The notes beneath the pieces were generated by a model, which was given only the letters and a program-made list of their open reading frames with translations, was not told where the DNA came from and did no database searches. DNA of 64,000 bases from Ramazzottius varieornatus. Taxonomy: Eukaryota > Animalia > Tardigrada. The stretch is taken from assembly GCA_001949185.1 (NCBI GenBank), contig BDGG01000001.1:4763624-4827623 (forward strand). The letters run 5' to 3'. Shown piece by piece: positions 55,275 through 64,000 of this stretch (positions are counted from its first letter, which is position 1; each line of letters begins with the position of its first letter). A program made the position numbers and the translations under genes.

Positions 55275-55501
55275 CTACCTCCACTTCTGAGCCTGCTGCG
55301 CGGCCTCAACTCCTCTGTTACAAATATTACCCGTATTGCACACGCACATCTGACCAGTAATCAACCTCGGTAAATAGCTGTCAAATAGATCGGTAACGCT
55401 GAAACAAGTATTCATTCTTGAGGCGATGCTAACAGGGGAGCCAGTGAGGTCTTGATAGCCATTCAAATTTCCACATTCGGCTTGCGGTTGCCTGATGGGT
55501 G
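55275..55501 (-). CDS. Terminal exon of a second Ly6/three-finger-like gene; upstream exons unresolved, possibly a pseudogene
   Basis: Acceptor TTTTATAG followed by PIRQPQAECG...NTCF...GQMCVCNTGNICN. No hydrophobic tail. Confidence 0.45.
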
Positions 55502-56580
55502 CTATAAAACAAACAGCGATATCAGTAATGGTCTGGAAGTGCTTTGTGTAACCAAAGTATTATTTCGATATAAACTTGTTGCCAGAGTTGGGCTTGAACG
55601 TTCCGCCGCGCTAGAATACTGTCGCTTTTCGGTGGCGGGAAAATAACGATCGCTGTCATAGTCACTCTCACTCAATTCTGATTGCAGTCTTGCATATACC
55701 AGAGTTCAGTCTTCTTACTCCCAACCGGCAGACAGTCTCAACTTCTTATTTTCACTTCTTATCTGAAAAGGAGCACTTGGATGGAGGAGAGTAAGACAGG
55801 CTTGATTTAATCCGTTCTGAACGCAAGGAAAACAAGCGGAAGAATACTGCCAAGACCAAGAAAAAGAACGGAAGGAAGGTATGGTGGCAGAAAGTTCGGA
55901 AGTTTTTGGTGGTGCCTTAACCAATGCAAATGCGCGTTCGACGTCAGAGCATGTTATTTTGAGGGCGATGGCCGCAGGTGGCGCGATGAATGCTGCCACA
56001 ATGTCGAAAGTCCATCCCTTCTAATGGTCACCTGGTGTCGGCTACCAGCGAGCAATGTTCTAAGATCACGTGGGACTCGACAACCAGAAGGGACGCATTC
56101 CAGACATTGTGTCGTTCGCTGCAGAGCGCCAGAACGCACCCGTGTAAATCTTACAATTCGGATAGCCACGAGGTCAGTGCCGATACAGTCCAAGTCCAGT
56201 GTACAAAATTTTCCGATTTCAAAACACGAAAATCAGTCAAAGTGAACCGTACTGCCTGCCACTTCCACACAGTCGGATACCGGCCCATTGTTTACTCGAT
56301 TGTACCAGTTACAGCACGGTATGATGCAAGTGTTATGTGTCTTGGGCTTGGCATGCTGCATGGTGAATGTTTGGCAGGCCTTAAATGACGTTGGATTTCC
56401 TGCTTGGCCGAACTTCGAAAGGCCGACTCCCCCCCTATGAACATGAGCCTTTAGAGCTCATCGAGATATATCTGAATTTAAAGTTGACACCGAATGACAC
56501 GGTAATGAGTCTTCGACCATTGTCCGAAAGGTAGGCAGAACACTTGCTTTAGCTGGGACAAACTTGGCGATGCCGCCAAC

Positions 56581-56863
56581 CAATCCTGGGGAGTTATTGG
56601 AATTGGCCATAATGTTAAGCTAGTATTGAGCAAGCCTTCTTGGAGCTAAGTTGAACAGCGCAAATTAGAGCGAGTTTTTAGCTAAGTCACACTTGGTCTA
56701 TTTTGGCTACCTCGTTTGAGCTGAGTTTTGCCTATTTGGGACCCGAGCTAAGTCACAGCTGAGCTTGGAGTGTATCAGTTAGAGCTGAGATGAGCTGAAA
56801 TAACCCAACTCAGCTCGAAAACCCAGCTCAAGACAAGCTAACGAAAAATGACGCCCAGGACTG
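56581..56863. mobile_element. hAT MITE with GAGCT-rich internal repeats
   Basis: TIRs CAATCCTGGG / CCCAGGACTG with perfect TSD CCGCCAAC (56573-56580 and 56864-56871). Confidence 0.85.
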
Positions 56864-57649
56864 CCGCCAACAGCATCTTTTGTCGAGGTAAATTACCCAG
56901 CGGGCCATCCAAAGGCAGTCACTGCAGTACGCGAACATACATACTGTATTATCCCGACACACTGTCGTAACGATGTCACTGCCACGTGGCTCATGCCATA
57001 TTACTGGCCGATATATACTCGTGACAAAAGTCTTGCTGCGGCTCTTTAACGGGAGTAGTTAGATAACACAGAAGAAAAATTGCAGGTCGATCTTAGCGTT
57101 TGAAATTTCAACTACGCTCGATGTTGATAGAAATCATCAATCCGAATTACTAAAATTACTAATTACGAGACTGATTCAGTTACGCTGATTGCTCAGAAGT
57201 AATTCTGATTAACCTTAAAATTTTTGTCAAGTAAAATAGACCCTAACTTTAGTTTGGTCTTATCGTCAGCATAGTTTCATACGCAAGATTACTCATGCAG
57301 TAACAACGATAATACACAGATTGAGCTGTCACCGCGGGATGGAAGTCCAACCGAAAACCTGACTGAGTAAAATCAAGCACGGAACACAAAGGATCCCGCT
57401 AGGAACACAACGGGTTTGTCCGTTCTGTATTCCGCAGCCGGATTGCTAATTATGTACTTCAATTGTATTCCATCTTTCGCGTCGCGTAAAGACGTCATCC
57501 ACACTCGTCGGAGCTGACTCATGGTAGATAGCTGACTGAGTACGACAGTTCAAATTTTGTCCTGAAGTATGAGTCTGGTGTTCTCGTGAGGTTGAACGCG
57601 TCACTTTAGTAACATATTGTGTTTCTTCGGAAAGAGAAAGTTCTCGTAG

Positions 57650-57800
57650 CAGTCTGGTGCTCCTACCAGGCAGAACTGTTTGCGATAGTTAAAGCTTTAC
57701 GTGTGATCAGAACACACGATGTATATTATAATACCCATGTCGGCCTTGTGTTGATATGACAGAGTGTCAATCAGCTCTCGCACTGGCCCAGTCGGACTAA
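57650..57800 (+). mobile_element. Decayed retroelement RNase H fragment
   Basis: SYQAELFAIVKAL and, after a frameshift, TECQSAL resemble the RNase H AEl.Ai..AL and tDs.sal motifs. Confidence 0.5.
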
Positions 57801-59587
57801 CTGCAAAGTCGAACGTTCCGTCATACTGAATCAAAGAAAGTTACCCCCCATCAAATGAGAAAAATATGGTGCCAAAGTACAGCCAAAATCCTAGGGGGAA
57901 TACAATCGTTGTATTCACACTAGAGACATTAAGTTACCACCGCCAGATGAAAGTCCCACTGTAGCTAAGATGAGTTGCAACGCCACTCATAAGCGCAGCA
58001 GCTGATCAGAACTTTGAATAGTTGGGCAGCCACCATGCTTCCCAATGCTAGCCAACCGTAAGTCCGATTACGCTATTTTCCGAAAATAAGGGGAGCTCCG
58101 GAAAGCAAAATGTACAAAACACACGTCACAAAAAGGGCGGAGCAAGCCGTTACTACAGCCGGAAAGCGAAGCGGACTGACAGCTTAATCACTGTAATATG
58201 TCAACTTCACATTGGTCCTGCGAAAGTTGATCAAGGTTCACGCGTACTGGCTTTCGCATACTCCAAACGAGGGGAAGAGGTCTAAAGAGACTGGTCAGTC
58301 ATTCAAAAAAGCTGTGTTTCTGAAGTAAAACTGACAACACAAGAAGGGAGTTTCAGCAGGCCCAGGGCCAATCCACTACGTCATTTTTAGGGCAGGAACG
58401 GATTCCCGCAGAGACCTGGGTGTGTCAATCACTGCGACGTCAGAAACGTCTCCGATTAAGGTCGCGCGCAGAAGTCTGATTGCGCGGCCGGCACTGATAG
58501 TTTGCAGAACCACCGATGCGCTCCCTCCTTAATTTGGTCTTCCCGTTGTTCTACCCTTAACGTCCGAAATGTGACAGACAAAAAACTTTGCCGCGGTTGA
58601 GTGCTCCAGAATGCTCCCACAAAAAGTTTCGATCAACCAGCTTTCGCAAAATCGAGAGTTGAAACTGCACGCCAAGTCATCTTGTTTCGCAATGCGTCAG
58701 TTGGTGCTCTCTGCCGTTGCAATGCATTGATTCAACTAATGAAAAGCGCAGGATGCGTCTGTTTGGTATAAAAAACGTCCGTTTTCAGATCGTCCAACGA
58801 TCAAAATAATTAAAGTTGCTGCTGGTAATAAAAGTAAGATTGATAGATAATAGAGAATTCTGCGAGAAACCGTCACTTGTGCTCAAAATTATGGAATCTG
58901 GGAGAATTTTAATAATCGTAATTGAAACCAAAATTGTACAAGTCATCCTGATAAATATATACAGTCAGTGCGTTCAAAATCCGTACCACAGTTTTTGATT
59001 CTTAAACAACAGAACCATTCAATTTTAACGGTACTGCTCGCCATGATCCACACACCCGGAAACGTGAGAGTCGATTGCCCCAGTTAAAGCATGGTGTGAT
59101 GTACTGTATATGTTTTTGATCGTTTTGCTCGCAATGCTGTATGGTGGATGTTTAGCAGGCTTTTATTTAAAACCGAACTTTTTTAGTACGGATTTCGAAC
59201 GACCTGACTGTACTGCTATCCATTTACAATCCGTTCGGGCCACATCTCTACCGCTTTAAAAAACGCGTGTCGAAAAATCAGTTTGCGTTTCTTTCGTCCA
59301 GTCCCTTACGTCTTTCATACAAAATTTCTGTCGGCTGAGTTGTAGCACATTCAGATCGGATGAAGACCGTCATGACTTCCGGTGGGGAAGACCACTCTTC
59401 CTGTCCGAGACGTCATCTCCGACATTGTATGTTCAAGTATCAGCCGCCAGTTTGATCTTAGAATATGTAAGAATGTTTAGAGTGGCACTAAAAAAACCAG
59501 AAGATATCGTTGACATACCAGGCCAAATTGGCAACTGCATTAAAATTGTCGAATTGGGCCATTTTGGCGGGGAATCTGCTTCGGGAG

Positions 59588-60385
59588 TAGTGCTGGCAAA
59601 AGTACGATAAAATTCGATACGATATTTTTCGATAAAGTATCGCCGGATATTTTATCGCGGTCTTCGATATTCATTCAGTATCGATATTTCGATACGATAT
59701 TTTTCCACTACCGTATTCTCGATATATCGTATCACATCGCAGCGATATATCAATATTTCTGCAATTTTAATTTTTGTCGGAGTTCCACTGGTCCGGGCTC
59801 AAGAATTAAAGAGGCCGATTTCCTTATTGAGTGTTGGTAAGATCGGAAGCGTCGGATGCAGCAAAAACGTAACTATACCAAGACATCAAACACATGGAAA
59901 CCTGGATAAAATTAGTACCAAAACCGAATGAGCGGAGCGTGCTAGCCTGGTCGGCATACGATGGCCAGAATCAAGGTTTCGAAATCAGTAAACCGTGGCC
60001 AAACGGCGTCATAGAGAACTTGCAACGAGGAGAAACTGCAACCAATTCTCATTCAATCAGCTGACCTTACCGTAGCAAACCTGCTATTTTGATTGGCTGG
60101 CAGTGTTTCGTTCGGTCTCGATTCCCGTTCCATACTTCGGAATTAGACTTCGACTTACTTACTCTGCCGCTCACCCATATTATTGCTGCCTTTGCCATTC
60201 AGCAAAATACCGATATATCGAAAATATATCGATATGGTGTGATACGATATCGCCGAATATTTTATTGCGTTATTAGATATGAGCTTCATATCGATATCAT
60301 CGATACGATATCTGCCGCATATCTTATCGCAAAGATTCGATATATTTCGATACGATATCGGTATACCGTATCGTTGCCAACGCTA
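59588..60385. mobile_element. hAT non-autonomous element with CGATA/TATCG subterminal arrays
   Basis: TIRs TAGTGCTGGCAA / TTGCCAACGCTA with perfect TSD TTCGGGAG (59580-59587 and 60386-60393). Confidence 0.88.
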
Positions 60386-61015
60386 TTCGGGAGTGTACTG
60401 GTATTACGTAAGCAAAGATCGAAGGCACCATCCTTCCTCCCCACCCCGCAGCAGAGAAAGGAATGAAGCCAGGTGCTCAAATGATACTACTCCGTTCTGC
60501 AGCAAAAAGTATATCTCTTTTCCTTGGTGACAGACTCATGCTGATCATAACTTTTCTTGTAGCCTGGACTGTGTTCTGATTGCTTTTAACAAAACTGCCG
60601 CAGGACCTTAACATCAAAAGCAAAACTAGTCTCTGGACAACAGCTTTGAAAACTGCAGAGTTGTTGTATTGTTCACTTTGCATGCTTCAGCTCGTTATTT
60701 TTCAATTATGCGCTGACTCTCCGTAAACGGATTTCTGGCCGGTAGTTTTTTTCCGAGGTACAAAAGCTATCAAATTCAATATCATTCCGGTGGTGATCGT
60801 ATCAACCTTTCAAGTTGCGGCGATGTGGCCCGAACGGGTTGTATTTTCACTGTACGGTCTTGCATTCGTCGAATTTCGGTCCAAATTAGTTCAAACTTGC
60901 CCGAAATTTAGAAATGACTTCCTGCTCTTGTCAACGGGGTTGTATTCCACTTTTTAATCTTGCATTTCAGGTTTTGCTATTTTCTCTTGTTTCTTTGTCG
61001 CCTGTACGTTTTCAT

Positions 61016-61273
61016 CAGCGACACGTGCTATGGTCATACTTCTGCGACCCGAAATCTACGGTCAGTTATGGGGAGCAGCGGACAGTTTTATAGTCGAATA
61101 TGACTCTTCAGCTATTCAATCGATATTTATGGTCAGTTGTGGAGTGGTGGTTTATTTATGGTCAGTTATCGTGTAATGACACTATAGCGGATAACTGACC
61201 ATAAATAAACCACCACTCCACAACTGACCATAAATTTCGGATCGCAGAAGCTTAACCATTGCGGGTATCGCTG
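61016..61273. repeat. Foldback element with a perfect inner 46-bp inverted repeat
   Basis: ATTTATGGTCAGTTGTGGAGTGGTGGTTTATTTATGGTCAGTTATC (about 61125-61170) pairs with 61190-61235. Outer arms CAGCGA..CTTCTGCGA.CCGAAAT are imperfect. Confidence 0.85.
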
Positions 61274-61669
61274 GCTTCGTAATGCACCCCGTTGTCTAGC
61301 GAACCACTGTAAGTACTCCATCGTGCAACCTTTATACGTGCAGGCACGAATACCTTCCTGTGGTATTCTTCTGGATCTAAATTATAATTAATGTTAAGTC
61401 CTGAGATCTTGTTGGTTAGTGTTCTCGAAAACCACTGGTCAAAACTCTTTCAAACTTTCTGCATTAACGGACCGCCGTCTGTAGACGTAGCTATCGATAT
61501 TATTTCGTGGTTTGGTCCGCATTCGAATTCTGTCTGTAAGTTTTTGTGATATTCAGAATTCGTTGGCTTTCTGTCAGTGGTCATTATTGCTTAACAAAAG
61601 GACACAGTTTTGAATACGGCGAGGTAGTGTGAACTTCGACCTCTTTTAGACCGCTCATCCTAAGTTACA

Positions 61670-61778
61670 TATGGGGAAGGTTGACATCGAACTTGATTAG
61701 CGTAGGAAATTTGATTAACGCGGGAGCTTAGCTCACCCCCTGCTTGCGCTAATCACGTTTCTATCAACCTCCCCATAC
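61670..61778. repeat. Imperfect hairpin/MITE
   Basis: TATGGGGAAGGTTGA..TGATTAGCG pairs with CGCTAATCA..TCAACCTCCCCATA. Confidence 0.6.
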
Positions 61779-62399
61779 CGTTATCCTTTGATTTTTGTGA
61801 TCACAACTGCGGGATTTCCAGCCAACCGTTTTTCTTACGAATTTTCGTTTTCCTCAAACAAAGAACCGTTTTGGAATTCCCAGCAAGCCCAACGCCAAGA
61901 GCAGCGAAGAGGTTGTGTTTTCCCCAGTATATCTAGATAATTCCAAAAACGGTTTTATTCCGCAAAGCGCCATTTCCAATAAACTAGCCAAAGCACCGAT
62001 GCAGAAGCAGAGGCCATCTCTGCTCTCAACAGTCGAGAACAAAGTAGCCCCGGCCAAGTCAGGAAGGGGCGTTCCGAAATAAATATCTCAGTAAAAAAGT
62101 TCGACCCCGCTCGGGTGACTATCCGCTCTCATCCAAAATATTCCAGCTATGCGAGACATCAGAAATTTCTGCTTCTGGGTAAGTTCTGTAGCCAAAAGGA
62201 AGGGGTACACTGTACCATATTCAATGAGCGGAAGAATTACAAATATTGGTGGTGATTTCAGGAGTGCTCTGAAAAACTGCTGTTTTTGGTTGGCTTGAAC
62301 GGCCTGTACTATCGATTCTTCTCACGATGAACGGACAACAATGAAGACGAAACCTTTTAAAGAGAGTTGCCGCATTAAAGGCTAACTAATGTCCGCAAT

Positions 62400-62835
62400 G
62401 TCACGTCAAGCTTTTCTCGAACGGTTCACTTGGGACCTGGGCAAAGCTTGTCATTAAGGCGTGGCCAAATTGCACAATATGGAGCGGGCCTCGGGAGAAA
62501 AACAACTTGCTTCGACAAATCAAACCAATTACCTGAATCAAAGGGGATCTATTGGTCAGTTACAGTGCAGCTACTTTTTTCTCTCAACGCCGCCCCATAT
62601 AACGTCATTCGGCCACGCCTTACTGAAAAGCGTTGCTTAGAGCTCACTTCATTGGGGACGTACTCCGAAAGTCCTGCTCCGTGGATTGCCCTGTTTATGG
62701 TGGCTATGTCCAGCCAGCACTGTAGGCAATACAACAACTATTTTGCCCTCAGCGCAGTAGCATCAACGCACGGCATCAACAGAGTTCCTGGTGGCCATCC
62801 GATTAGATTTTACATATAAAGTCATACTGTACCAA
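62400..62835 (+). pseudogene. Older remnant of the same Helitron family as 49.6-54.1 kb, in the opposite orientation
   Basis: PAPWIALF..CRQYNNYFALSAVASTHGINRVPGG matches PASWIALF..CRHYNNHFAFSAIVSTHGIDRVSGG. Confidence 0.85.
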
Positions 62836-64000
62836 CTCCCAGAGTTTTTTTACATCACTAGAACGTAATTAACTCTGATGCGGAGGGCAGTCGTGCGCCG
62901 TCAGTGTTGATTTCGCTCGAGTGACGTACACAAATTGTCGGAGGTAATACAGTATGACCGTACACTAGTAACATAAAGCTGGACCCTTGCGTTTTTTGTC
63001 CTGTGTCATGGCTTATACGAATACAGAGATCACTAAACGAAATTTGCAGTATCCAACTAATACCCAAGTATCCTACTGCAGCTTTTTCCCTTCAAAAAAC
63101 TTTGAGACTGAAGTTGCCCGCAGATCTACCTGCGACAAGCTGAGAGCGAGCTGAAGGCGAAACGAATAGCTTGTAATAGATATCGAAGTTTGTTTTTAGG
63201 CGGTCTCGAACCGCATGATACTCGAAACTGTGTTCGTTTGCTAAGGAATAATGACCTTTGACAGAGAGCCACCAAATTTTGAATATCACAAAAAATTACC
63301 GACAAAATCTAAATGTGGACCAAACCAAGACAACATAGCTACGATAGAAAATTTTCTGCTGAAAATCAAACATCAGAGTTTTCTAATGATTTACATTTGC
63401 GCACTCTCAGTTTCTCTCATAAGTCCACATTGTTCGGAATGAGTCTACGAGATCTACTCAGTTCGAAGTGACCATAACTTTCAATAATTAGATTGCCACT
63501 CTTTTGTGCTACCCGTTTCCGTTTTTCTATGATACATCATCGACAAGCTGCGCTCGAGCCGAAGGCGAAGCAAACAGCTTGTAGTAAAATAACACTGCTC
63601 ACCCACGAAATTTCGTCCCGTGACTCCTGAGTCAGAGTGGGTTAATGTATAGTGATCAAGGTTTTGTCAGTCAGTGCTGAACCAGCTCATTCTTCGTTGA
63701 ACATATCAATACGGTTGTTCCGCATTAGAGATCTCCAGAGTTGTGGCTCGTCGATAAGTTGTGACTGTAAGCACACCTCCTCCCATTACAAGTAAAAAAG
63801 TGGAGCGTGACAGTTCCGCATCCCGAACTGGGTTGCGACAAACACATACATACTTGCGCAGACGCAGCCCTGCGCATGAATAAGTAGATCGATGTTTACC
63901 AGCATATGTACGAGGAGCGAGGCCCTACTTTGTCCGTTTGTCGGACAGGCGACTACTTATTCCACTGACGATTCTCTCACTAACCTTTCGCTATCGAAAC

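Noticed and set aside
59605-60375. CGATA-rich repeats and ORF 60089-60466 considered as a CRISPR-like array or a gene
   Set aside because: There is no repeat-spacer periodicity. They are subterminal arrays of a TSD-flanked hAT element, and the ORF is a low-complexity by-product.
62090-62125. GTTCGACCCC B-box-like motif suggesting a tRNA or SINE
   Set aside because: No A box at the proper spacing and no cloverleaf.

Overview
Eukaryotic (animal) genomic DNA, about 46% GC, with short spliceosomal introns mostly 60-130 nt long. The compact gene structure would fit a small-genome invertebrate such as a tardigrade, but that is inference only. The left half (1-35.3 kb) is gene-dense: the 3' end of an unknown gene, then CRPPA/ISPD-like (-), ZDHHC5/8-like palmitoyltransferase (-), MKK7 (+), SETD3-like (-), PPM1D/Wip1 (+), ARHGAP39/vilse (+) and a Ly6/three-finger-like GPI-anchored protein (+), with nested DNA transposons in between. 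The right half (35.3-64 kb) is mostly decayed transposons: an intron-rich pogo transposase, a THAP-fused Helitron2/Helentron-type Rep fragment, a decayed Helitron with a C-terminal OTU protease and a downstream OB-fold gene, non-LTR retroelement fragments and many MITEs (TA and 8-bp TSD classes). The most notable observations are: (i) a ~43-bp fixed-spacer palindromic micro-element (GTGGCGCAC-N24/26-GTGCGCCAC) with 12 copies, mostly in introns, including three of the four introns of one transposase; (ii) pogo transposases carrying 2-4 spliceosomal introns; (iii) unusual Helitron domain architectures; (iv) active-site or loop substitutions in SETD3, PPM1D and ISPD. All exon models were built by eye and were not checked against transcripts.
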